Shown here: piece by piece, positions 56,903-64,000 of the stretch | How positions within the stretch are numbered: the first letter of the stretch is position 1 | Layout of the letters: every line of letters starts with the position of its first letter | DNA from: Octopus vulgaris | Taxonomy: Eukaryota | NCBI GenBank assembly: GCA_951406725.2 | Contig: OX597835.1 | Location: 2,046,001-2,110,000 of the forward strand | Reading direction: 5' to 3' | Length of the DNA stretch: 64,000 bases | Notes under the pieces: model-generated | The model's database searches: none | What the model saw: only the letters and a program-made list of their open reading frames with translations | Told to the model about the DNA's origin: nothing | Position numbers and translations under genes: made by a program

Positions 56903-56939
<37 letters not shown>

Positions 56940-56958
56940 ATATGTGTGTGTATATATG

Positions 56959-56991
<33 letters not shown>

Positions 56992-57232
56992 GTGTATATG
57001 TGTGTGTATATATGTATATATATATATATGTATGTATATATATATATATGTATGTATATATATATATATGTATGTATATGTATGTGTGTGTATATATGTA
57101 TATGTATGTGTGTGTGTATATATATATATATATGTACATGTATGTATGTATATATATATGTGCATATGTATATATCTATGTGTATGTGTGTGTGTATATA
57201 TATATGCATATATATATATATGCATATATGTA

Positions 57233-57282
<50 letters not shown>

Positions 57283-59730
57283 TATATGTATGTATTGTGT
57301 GTGTGTATATATACATATATAGATATGCACTCACATATATGTCTTGTCATCATTCAACGTCCAGCTTTTCCTACTTGCATCTGTCGGATGGAATTTGTTG
57401 AGGCAGACCTTCTTCAGCTCAATGACAAAGGTACCCACAAACAATATTTACTGGAGAGCAGCCCTCAATGCCCTTCCTGTCACCAAGCAAGGTAATATTT
57501 TCCCATAAACACAGACGATGCCTGGTCTGAGAATTGAAACCACGATCCTACGACCACAAGTCCACTGCCCTAACCACTGGGCCATTGCACCTCCACATCT
57601 GTCTATGTGTGTGTGTGTGTGAGTTGAGTGAGCTTATTTGTTGAACAAGATTGGAAGAACTGAGGTCCAACACTTTCCTCTGCAGCCGAGCGCTCATCAG
57701 TTTCTTCATTTCCCACTTTTGCATTTGCAGGGATGGGGGTGACAGGACGGAAGATGGAACGGGATTGCTGCTCTTCAGTAAATATTGTTTGTGGTTACCG
57801 TTGTCTTGGCATCCGGTGATGGCTGGAAACGAGCACCGTTGTCAACGAAGTTGTTGAGGTTCATTTTCAGTCTTCCTTGAAAACATGTCTGGCCACGAGG
57901 AAAATATTACCTTATTTGAGGAACAGGTGAAGGTTGGTAACAGGAAGGGCATCCAACTGTAGAAAATCTGCCTCTGTAAATTCCATCTCATCCATGCAAG
58001 GCTGAGAAATGGATGATGTGTATATATATATATATGTATATATAAATATGCTCACATACACATGTATTTATGTGTGTTTTCTGGTGCCTCTTTGAACTGT
58101 AAAACACAACAATAGTTCTTTAATAACAAGATCAGTCGTTTTTGTACCAATTAATTAAACCTCATTCATTGGTACCTAATTGTTTTATGTGTTATCATTC
58201 ATACATGTGACATGTTCACATTAATTAGCTAGAAAACCCGAGTCTCTTGTTAATGAATTTTTTCTCCATATACTAATAATGTTGTGTCTAATATATCTAA
58301 AAGTTAATTGTTTAATAATGTGAATGTTCTCTAATTATGCAATGTCAGTTAATTACATTCATGCATGAGTTATTGGTTGGACTTATTTTAAATTTTGCTT
58401 TTGTTTTTTTATTTTCCTAAACTTCCTGTCTTGTGTTCTTTACAATATAATTTTGACTGACTTATGAAAGGAAATGATGATTATTATTATTATTATTACT
58501 TGTATTACTACTGTGAAGTTTTGTCATTTAGCTGTTGTTATAGGTATATTGGCAGAATTGTTATCATGCTGGACAAAATCCATTTCACCTGTCTTGATGT
58601 TCTGAGTTCAGATTCCACCAAGGTTGACTTTACCTTTCCATTATTTCAAGGTTGATGTAATGAGCAGTAGTTGAGCTCTACCAATTAATGTAATTGACCA
58701 GCCCCCATCCTGAATTGCAGACCCTTCGGCCTATAGTAGAAAGGGCTATTATTATTATTATTATTTTTATGTTAGTGGAGCATCAGAATTAGCAGAACAT
58801 TGGACCACATAACTTGTGTCATTTAATTATATTTGTATTCCGAGTTCAAATTCCACCAAGGTCAGCTCTGCCTTTCATTAATTCCAAGGGCCTATAAGAT
58901 AAAGTGTCAATCAAGTAATGGATGCAGTTTAATCAGTTAACATCTCTCCCTCCTCTATTGGTGGAAATACATGGCTTAGTGGTTGGGGGTGTTGGACACG
59001 TGATCATAAGATTGTGGTTTCAATTCCTTGACTTTGCGAGGTGTTGTGTTCTTGAGCAAGACACTTCATTTCACGTTGTCCCAGTCTACTCAGCTGGCAA
59101 AAATGAGTCATCCTGCGACAGACTGATGTCCTGTTTGGATGGGGAATATATGTGCCATGGAAACCGGAAAACTGGCCTCTAAGAGTCGGGAAAGAACTTT
59201 ACTTTTTACCTCCAATTAGCATTCACAAGCCTTGCATGTGTTATAAATTATATGAAGACAGAGAATTGGTGAAATCACAAGAGCTTTCTACAAAAATGCC
59301 TTCAAGCCTTTGTTCTTGCTCTTTATGTTCTGTGTTCAAATTCTGCCAAGGTTTTTCTGCCATTTATCCCCCCCCCCCTTGGGAGAATAGGATGCGGTGG
59401 TGATAAAAAAAAAAATGTACCAGTCTCAAACAGTCCTTGACTCCCTGATTTTATGTCTATACAAGACTCTAAAACCAGGGAGGGGTTACTAAAAGGAAAA
59501 TAATTTCTTGTATAGAAACTATTGTCCTTTCAGTAAGTTTCCTTTCTCTTTGTTGTTGTTGTTGTTATTTCACTCTTTCACCTCATTACTCTTTCCCCCT
59601 CCCCTTCCCAGGTTAACTCAACCCATTAATTTTGATTTGATTCTTTGGTTACTCAGATCTTTCTTTCTTTCTTTTCTTTTGTAAGAGAAATATGTGATTT
59701 ATGTTGATTCTCTGATATTTGGGTTACATG

Positions 59731-59798
<68 letters not shown>

Positions 59799-62710
59799 TG
59801 TGTGTTTGTGTGTGTGTGTGTGTTTGTGTGTTTGTGTGTGTGTGTGTGTTTGTGTGTTTGTGTGTGTGTGTGTGTGTACTGAATTTACAGCACTTTAGAA
59901 ACATGCCTTGTGCCATTTGTTTTGGTTCCATGCATTTTGAGTTCAAATATGAGGTTAATATGACTTGAATGACTTTAATAAAGTAAAGTACTAGTCTGTA
60001 TACACTGGTGAATATGCACACACACACACACACTAATCGCTTCCTCCAAAATGTCAGGCCTTGTGCCTTTAGTAGAAAGGATTCTTATTATTATTTCTCT
60101 GTATCACAAGTTTTGTCGGAGCTCCTAGAATCTTGCAAACGTAGCGGGCTTACTACCTGCAGCCTCTGGTACTATACAATTCCTTCTTTTCACCTACCTA
60201 ATGCTTTCCTGATTATTCTGGCCATGCCAAGGAGGCAAACCTTTTTTAACAATTCTACTGGGCACTCTATTCCAATTCCCTTTATATTCCTCTTGATGCC
60301 TTCTGATATTGTCCTCAACGACCCAACATTAATTGGCATTATCTTCACCTTCTTCATTTTCCATAGCCAGGCTATTTCATGCTTAAGAGGGTTGTATTTA
60401 TCTATCTTTCTGCCTTTCTTCTTGACTATCCATGGGTCAAAGGAGTGTGCAACATCAACTATATGGCACATGTGGTGCGTCTTGTTGACCACCACCAGGT
60501 CCGGTCTGTTATGCCCTAGCACCTGATCTATTTGGATTGGGAAAACCCAGAGGATTTTACTAGTCTCCGACTCCGCCACTCTGTGGTTTGTGTTCATACC
60601 ACATCTCGCCTCTCTCCCGCCCCCACTTTTCACACAATTTCCAATGTAGCACTTTGGCTACCTGGTCGTGTCGCCACAACTTGTAATGGTTTTGGGAAAG
60701 TCTAGGGCATTCGTTTGTGATATGGGCAATAGTTTCATCCTCTCTATAACAGATGCAGCACAGCGGAAACACTTGCTCATTCCAAAGGTTGACTCTCCAG
60801 TTTGTGCCAGTATAGTGCTCTTGGTCTCTTTTATTTAGTTTTCCTTTCATCAGCCAATCCCACCTATTTTTTCCAGTTACTTTTGTTGTGTCTACATGGA
60901 ATTGATTCTGTAGTCTCTTCCTGCGTAATTCTTCTTCATGCTCTTTTTGTATTTCTTCCGTTGATTTTTCCTTTTTTTGCTACTCTCAATAATCCCTCGT
61001 TCCTAGCTGTGACTAACAAGGTTTCCTTACTTTCGGCTACCTATCTCATTAAGCTCTCGAGATTGATACACATGCAGTCTTCCCTACTTATCAGTCCTCT
61101 TCCTCCATTTGCTCTCTTCATGTATAAGCAATCAGTGTCTGCGCGTGAATGATGAGCACCATGCATCGTTAGGAGTTTTCCTGACTTCCTGTCCATCTCC
61201 TTTAGCTCCTCCTCCTCTGTCCACTTCAGGATTCCAGTGTGATTCTGAACTTCTGTGACTGTGCAAGAGTTTATTGCCGAAATTATGTTTCTGGCATTCA
61301 GCTTTGAAGCCAGTATTTCTCTCGTTCACCTCAGCTTCTCTCTTTTCGTCTTTTCCTTCATGTCATTGTCTTTGATTCCATCTGCCTCAAGTATTCCCAA
61401 CTGGATTGAGGTTGAATTGCCTCCATCATTTCACCACTTGGCAACCCTTTGCATTCTCTCCGGACAAGCTCTCCTTGTCTCATTGCCATCGTAGCACAAT
61501 TTGAGAGCCCAAACTCCCAACTTAATATCATTGGAGAAAATCCGCACAGACTGGACTAGGCTGTCCAACTATTATTATTATTATTGTTATTATTATTATT
61601 ATAATAATTATTGTTATTATTATTATTATTACTATTATTATTATTATTGTTATTATTATTATTATTATTATCATTATAATAATTATTATTATTATAGAAT
61701 CGTTGTTCAAAGCAAGCAGTATCAAGGCTGACAAGGAGTATGAGTTTGTACCCATCAACCTCCACTTACAGAGAATGCAACTAATTGATGAGAATACCAA
61801 TACAAGTGAGATATATCTTTTTGTCTCTGTGTCCTAAACTTAACTGCAAATCTTACATTAATCTTATCTCAGATTATATTCCTGACACCAGCTCTCTCTC
61901 TCTAATCTTATTCCTAACTCTATCACTAACACACCAGCCACTTCCTCCATCCCGATTACAATTCACAATCATGGCCTCTGCCCCTATTACAAACTCCATC
62001 CATAACTCTGTTTCTATTGCAAGCCCTAACCTTCATCTCTATCCTAATCACATACACCAGTCATTTTCTCAAACCCTGACTATGACCTCTGCCCCTATTA
62101 CAAACCTTAACCTATCTCAATTACTGACTCGAATCCTAACTTTAATGTGGACCCTAACTAACAGACAGTCTTAATGTTAATCTTATCACCAACTCTGACA
62201 AGGACTTCAATTCTATCCCTAGTTCTGACTCCTAACCCTAACTCCACAACTCCATTCGAAGCTTGTTACAATATTATTCCTCATCATAACCTTGACCAAA
62301 ACCCTAACCTTGACTATAATCCTAACCATGATCATATCCCTAATCTTCATCATAGCCCCAACCTTGACTTTGATCTTAACTCCAACACTGACCCACCTAA
62401 CTTTAATCTTTACTATTCTTTTCTTCTTCCAGCTTGTTGCTATGACTGCATCACTCATGGTTCTCTAGCAGCTTTCTCCCAGAAATTCAAATCTGGTGGA
62501 CTTCTACGTATTCTTGAGGATCTACGAGAGACGCGTGCCCCAGAGGGTTGCCATGGCAAGCAGTCGAAACTCGACAGAGCCTGCCATTTGCTGAACTGCT
62601 TGGCATCTCTGAAACATGCTGTACACTTCCGGTGTTCGCGGCTGTGCCGTGTTGCAATGCAAGGAACTGCAGCGGAGCTGAAAGAAGCAATGGAACAACT
62701 AAATCTCCAG
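7157..62710 (+). CDS. INPP4A: Inositol polyphosphate 4-phosphatase (INPP4A/B co-ortholog), 14 coding exons, 3'-incomplete; PH + C2 + central region
   Basis: Exons 7157-7274, 14350-14417, 15464-15551, 17206-17409, 18792-18830, 33844-33962, 35217-35327, 37391-37470, 38461-38545, 40198-40376, 40896-40953, 52312-52420, 61698-61805 and 62433-62710 join in one stop-free frame (1644 nt). Motifs recalled from INPP4 proteins: PNPFV..T.TPPQQTW...[48 protein letters not shown]. Confidence 0.92.
7954..8174. mobile_element. piggyBac-type MITE
   Basis: TTAA|CCCTTTCGTTAC ... GTAACGAAAGGG|TTAA. Confidence 0.82.
9991..10320 (+). mobile_element. tRNA-derived SINE family D; related copies at 8760-8980 -, 15846-16030 +, 32795-33045 -, 53770-54108 -, 58960-59190 +
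   Basis: A box TGGCTCAGTGG, B box-like TCGAATCC, central TGTGTTCTTGAGCAAGACACTTT. Confidence 0.8.
11622..12885 (-). mobile_element. Full-length decayed Tc1/mariner DD37D (maT) transposon
   Basis: TA-flanked ~29-bp imperfect TIRs (CAAGGTGCCTAAGATATTTGAGGACA and its near complement). Pseudogenised transposase at 12793-11748 ([12 protein letters not shown]...WFFSNKKNF...[13 protein letters not shown]...PLD...GGFIE*) with 37 residues between the 2nd and 3rd catalytic Asp. Confidence 0.9.
13795..14220. mobile_element. Penelope-like inverted-repeat element with two hammerhead-like motifs and a tRNA-like head between them
   Basis: Arms about 13800-13899 / 14039-14140, each with CTGATGA-A-(G/A)GCTG(GAGAGTACAT)CAGC(T/C)-GAAA; A and B boxes on - at 14015-13945. 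Confidence 0.65.
14350..14417 (+). CDS. INPP4A: INPP4 exon 2 ([23 protein letters not shown])
   Basis: ttggcag| ... |gtgagt; PH beta2-beta3 motif R.C.LKGN.LFYFK; phase 1 to 0. Confidence 0.92.
14781..15000. mobile_element. piggyBac-type MITE with internal inverted repeats
   Basis: TTAA|CCTA ... TAGG|TTAA; arms TCCAGAAAAATGGATGCAGGAAAA / TTTTCCTGCGTCCATTTTTCTGGA. Confidence 0.7.
15464..15551 (+). CDS. INPP4A: INPP4 exon 3 ([29 protein letters not shown]), GC donor
   Basis: cattgcag| ... AG|gcaagt; PH motif P.G.I..E.C.V; phase 0 to 1 fits exon 4. Confidence 0.88.
17206..17409 (+). CDS. INPP4A: INPP4 exon 4 ([45 protein letters not shown]...)
   Basis: tttgcag| ... CAG|gtaacc; PH C-terminal helix with conserved Trp; phase 1 to 1. 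Confidence 0.92.
17850..18232 (+). mobile_element. CR1-clade LINE 3' end
   Basis: [36 protein letters not shown]....ASFK, then a 3' UTR and an (ATT)n tail. Confidence 0.8.
18792..18830 (+). CDS. INPP4A: INPP4 exon 5, 39-nt microexon ([13 protein letters not shown])
   Basis: tttttatag| ... G|gtaagt; resembles the INPP4A DEPILEFSL segment preceding C2; phase 1 to 1. Confidence 0.82.
19561..19654 (+). repeat. ~49-bp tandem duplication
   Basis: AAAACCAGAGGAAACATTGAATTTCTTAGCTGGTC...AGGGGACCA x2. Confidence 0.9.
21060..21460 (-). mobile_element. RTE-clade LINE fragment (others at 11160-11400 + and 36200-36340 +, the latter endonuclease)
   Basis: Decayed motifs G..GWNQFREL and ACVRNAMLH here; [10 protein letters not shown] at 11.3 kb; [16 protein letters not shown]...TYQS...QVGYIL at 36.2 kb. 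Confidence 0.6.
27759..28232. mobile_element. piggyBac-type MITE with a nested SINE (27907-28175); relatives at about 16480-16680, 20525-20745, 27405-27592, 42730-42936 and 47687-47890
   Basis: TTAA|CCCTTTAGCATTCA ... TGAATGCT...|TTAA; shared internal sequence among the copies. Confidence 0.7.
28716..28766 (-). ncRNA. Putative minimal type I hammerhead ribozyme with a G3:C8 core variant, inside a Penelope-like fold-back element (28633-28885)
   Basis: - strand UUUGUCA-GUGAACA-G-GUCGC(GGUGUCAAA)GCGAC-GAA-AAUAUU-U-UGGCAAA: helices I and II pair and helix III is palindromic. Confidence 0.6.
30887..31040. repeat. Fold-back inverted repeat (Penelope-like terminus)
   Basis: TGAACGCAGATTGAACAGAAATCGT...ACGTGTTTCGAAAGGCACAAAT is mirrored at 30981-31027. 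Confidence 0.8.
33728..33820 (+). repeat. 24-bp minisatellite, about 4 copies (AGCCCCTCATACAGATGTGTTTTT)
   Basis: Exact repeats directly upstream of the exon 6 acceptor. Confidence 0.95.
33844..33962 (+). CDS. INPP4A: INPP4 exon 6 ([40 protein letters not shown]), C2 domain
   Basis: atttgcag| ... GAG|gtagga; phase 1 to 0. Confidence 0.92.
34704..35015. mobile_element. hAT (Charlie/Buster-like) MITE; relatives at about 20432-20919, 36715-36959, 37775-38079, 48620-48822 and 50165-50436
   Basis: TIR CAGTGGTTCTCAAC/GTTGAGAACCACTG with an 8-bp TSD CTCTGAAG/CTCTAAAG. Confidence 0.82.
35217..35327 (+). CDS. INPP4A: INPP4 exon 7 ([37 protein letters not shown])
   Basis: Long pyrimidine tract, ttctag| ... 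|gtgagt; C2 motif NP.F...F...K.TVY; phase 0 to 0. Confidence 0.92.
37391..37470 (+). CDS. INPP4A: INPP4 exon 8 ([26 protein letters not shown])
   Basis: atttcag| ... |gtaagt; C2 motif LG...F.LK.LL; phase 0 to 2. Confidence 0.9.
38461..38545 (+). CDS. INPP4A: INPP4 exon 9 ([28 protein letters not shown])
   Basis: ttttgtag| ... AGG|gtaatt; last C2 strand G.I.I.AW; phase 2 to 0. Confidence 0.88.
40198..40376 (+). CDS. INPP4A: INPP4 exon 10 ([10 protein letters not shown]...[11 protein letters not shown]...[19 protein letters not shown])
   Basis: tttctag| ... |gtgagt; INPP4 motif F.F....L.V.E.MAE....LP.QL; phase 0 to 2. Confidence 0.9.
40896..40953 (+). CDS. INPP4A: INPP4 exon 11 ([19 protein letters not shown])
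   Basis: cttttag| ... GAG|gtaagt; phase 2 to 0. Confidence 0.9.
41560..42640 (-). mobile_element. Highly decayed pogo/Tigger-like transposase remnant
   Basis: - strand fragments [10 protein letters not shown] (Brk-type DNA-binding domain), YPELEKE..EWVEEER (CENP-B HTH) and [17 protein letters not shown] (DDE_1). Confidence 0.6.
47041..47272. repeat. Near-perfect AT-rich palindrome (~108-bp arms, ~15-nt loop)
   Basis: AGAGATAAAAACCACTATTATGCAACTCAAACA... is mirrored by ...TGTTTGAGTTGCATAATAGTGGTTTTATCTCT. Confidence 0.9.
50515..50910 (+). mobile_element. Non-autonomous Helitron
   Basis: A|TCTATATATATAAA start, subterminal GC-rich imperfect hairpin (CCCGAGCAATGCCAGGCG), CTAG|T end, no TSD. 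Confidence 0.8.
51151..51380 (+). mobile_element. tRNA-derived SINE family C ((TTA)n tail); copies at 21810-22420 -, 29114-29328 +, 35608-35840 -, 38110-38300 +
   Basis: GGCGGTGAGCTGGCAG head, B box GAGTTCAAATTCC, central GACTTTGCCTTTCATCCTTTCGGGGTCGATAAA..AGTACCAG resembling the MetaSINE-type domain. Confidence 0.85.
51535..51929. mobile_element. MITE with ~140-bp TIRs and an 8-bp TSD (Merlin- or Mutator-like), inserted into a SINE
   Basis: GGTTAATATCTAGATC...GATCTAGATATTAAACC; flanks AGTATGAG / AGTATCAG; interrupts a SINE central domain. Confidence 0.8.
52312..52420 (+). CDS. INPP4A: INPP4 exon 12 ([36 protein letters not shown])
   Basis: ttgccag| ... AAG|gtgaat; phase 0 to 1 bridges exons 11 and 13 with the expected length. 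Confidence 0.82.
54759..54916 (+). repeat. Exact 79-bp tandem duplication
   Basis: CAGTTGATCCCATGTC...CATTAAAAAGAAA occurs twice, starting at 54759 and 54838. Confidence 0.95.
55623..56863. mobile_element. Mariner-derived element made of two facing 5' ends, with a nested SINE (about 55870-56253)
   Basis: TA|CAAGGTC...GACCTTG|TA termini; ~190-bp inverted arms. The + arm encodes EQRICIK; the - arm encodes SGRPTTS...[17 protein letters not shown]...KFVPKLL. Confidence 0.82.
56864..57330. repeat. Long compound (TA/TG) microsatellite; others at 59709-59877 (TG/TTTG), 4902-4998 (GAAG) and 61571-61695 (TTA)
   Basis: Direct inspection. Confidence 0.95.
60096..61570 (-). mobile_element. 5'-truncated R4/Dong-clade non-LTR retrotransposon (RT end, zinc knuckle, restriction-like endonuclease), decayed
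   Basis: [25 protein letters not shown]....[25 protein letters not shown]...IVDVA...KIDKY; frameshifts; (TAA)n on both sides. Confidence 0.88.
61698..61805 (+). CDS. INPP4A: INPP4 exon 13 ([36 protein letters not shown])
   Basis: attatag| ... A|gtgaga; highly conserved INPP4 motif FK.S..K....LEFVP.NLH.QR; phase 1 to 1. Confidence 0.93.
61835..62405 (+). repeat. Degenerate CCTAAC/CCCTAA hexamer low-complexity tract
   Basis: Repeated cctaac/ctaatc/cttaac units filling most of intron 13. Confidence 0.65.
62433..62710 (+). CDS. INPP4A: INPP4 exon 14 ([28 protein letters not shown]...MEQLNLQ)
   Basis: cttcttccag| ... CAG|gtgaac; motif YD..T.G..AA....FK.GGL; phase 1 to 0. Confidence 0.92.
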
Positions 62711-63047
62711 GTGAACATTGTCTTCGAGTTTTTCTTTTCAATTTATTTTGTAGTTTTCACAAGCTGTGGTTATTATTTGAGTTGAGAAGGGCATCTGTTA
62801 TTTGATCGGTTATTTTGTTGAGTATGTGGTGGATGATTGTAGCATCTGTTGTTGGTGTGTTGAGATTCTTGTGGTTGGTTTTGATAATTATAACTGGACA
62901 GTACGTTTTGTGGTCAGTTTCGACAAATTATCATGTCTTCCTCCTGTGTTTGATACATGTTTACACCATTTACTCCTTACTTTATGTGTTGAAACATGTG
63001 AGGCTACATGGCCTAGAGGTTAGGGTGTTACACTCAAAATCCTAAGA

Positions 63048-63403
63048 TCATCATCATCATTTAACGTCCGCTTTCCATGCTAGCATGGGTTGGACGATTT
63101 GACTGAGGACTGGTGAACCAGATGGCTGCACCAGGCTCCAATCTTGATCTGGCAGAGTTTCTACAGCTGGATGCCCTTCCTAATGCCAACCACTCCGAGA
63201 GTGTAGTGGGTGCTTTTAAAGTGCCACCGGCATGAGGGCCAGTCAGGCGGCACTGGCAATGGCCACACTCAAATGGTATTTTTTACGTGTCACCTGCACA
63301 GGTGGCCAGTCCAGCAGCACTGGCAACAACCTCGCTCGAATGTTTTTCATGTGCCACCGGTACAAGTGCCAGTCAGGCGACGCTGGTAACGATCACGTTT
63401 GAA
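63048..63403 (-). mobile_element. SINE family B with a (GAT)n tail and variable 5' tandem modules; copies at 1232-1860 +, 7316-7560 -, 25340-25607 +, 27907-28175 -, 30040-30393 +, 31135-31380 -, 39460-39684 +
   Basis: Shared GGCATTAGGAAGGGCATCCAGCTGTAGAAAC ... CCAACCCATGCTAGCATGGAAAGCGGACGTTAAA(GAT)n. Confidence 0.85.
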
Positions 63404-64000
63404 TGGAAATGACATGCTGTACTGCTTGGCATTTGCACTGGAAGCTCCAATATCGACATTTCGGAGTGTTTAGGTGTCAGTCTGAGGACATGTACCGAGA
63501 GTGATAAAAATCAAAACATCCTGTCAACATCATGGTGTTTGGAGTGATCACTAGTGATGGCTACCTTATGCCTCCAACAGGACTTTGTACCATGCCACAC
63601 AGGAGAACCTAGTCATGGCTGTCAAACATTTTCTACAACCACATCACCCTTAACACCTGGCCACCTAGCTCCCCAGACTGCAACCCTCTTGATTATTATG
63701 TGTAGGACGCAGTTGAGCGAGAGACCAACAAAACTCCTTGTAACACCAAAGATGAACTGAAGGCAAGGATTATGGCAGCATTGACCAACTTAAACAAGGA
63801 GACCATCCAGAAGAGTTGCAGGAGGTTCTGAAATCATCTGGAAGCCGTGGCTGAAGCTAATAGCGAATTTATTGAATAAACTTACTCTTTAGTATTTCAA
63901 GATATTTTAATGTAATTTTGGTAAATATATCTGTTAAAATGAGATGTCAGTGTTATTTTCACTTTTGCATAATTTAGATGACAGTTTATTCACCTCACTT
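63404..64000 (+). mobile_element. Internally deleted DD37D (maT)-like transposon of a second subfamily
   Basis: Translated fragments KHPVNIMVFGVITSDG, QQDFVPCHT, WPPSSPDCNPLDYYV and EAVAEANSEFIE*, with in-frame stops. Confidence 0.82.

Noticed and set aside
56828-57495. Long ORFs of 158-204 aa on both strands (YIYI/VCVC), and similar ones at 3627-4080, 55322-55636 and 59653-60033
   Set aside because: They are translations of stop-free TA/TG microsatellites.
60008-60526. 172-aa + strand ORF
   Set aside because: It is the antisense shadow of the Dong/R4 endonuclease region on the - strand.

Overview
AT-rich, repeat-dense animal genomic DNA. The tRNA-derived SINE families and (TA)n/(CA)n density suggest an octopus-like coleoid cephalopod (inference). 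One + strand gene spans the window: an inositol polyphosphate 4-phosphatase (INPP4A/B co-ortholog). I reconstructed 14 phase-compatible coding exons (7157-62710, 1644 nt, about 548 aa) covering an N-terminal PH domain, a C2 domain and the start of the central region; the catalytic C-terminus lies beyond the window. Intron 3 is GC-AG and exon 5 is a 39-nt microexon. The introns hold at least four SINE families, hAT/piggyBac/mariner MITEs, a full-length decayed DD37D (maT) transposon, a pogo remnant, a non-autonomous Helitron, CR1/RTE fragments and a Dong/R4 retrotransposon inserted in (TAA)n. The most unusual signals are Penelope-like fold-back elements with minimal hammerhead ribozyme motifs: one has a compensatory G3:C8 core (28716-28766, - strand) and one is fused to a tRNA-like Pol III head (13795-14140). 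Nearly all ORFs in the supplied track are microsatellite or SINE artefacts. All calls were made by eye, without database searches.
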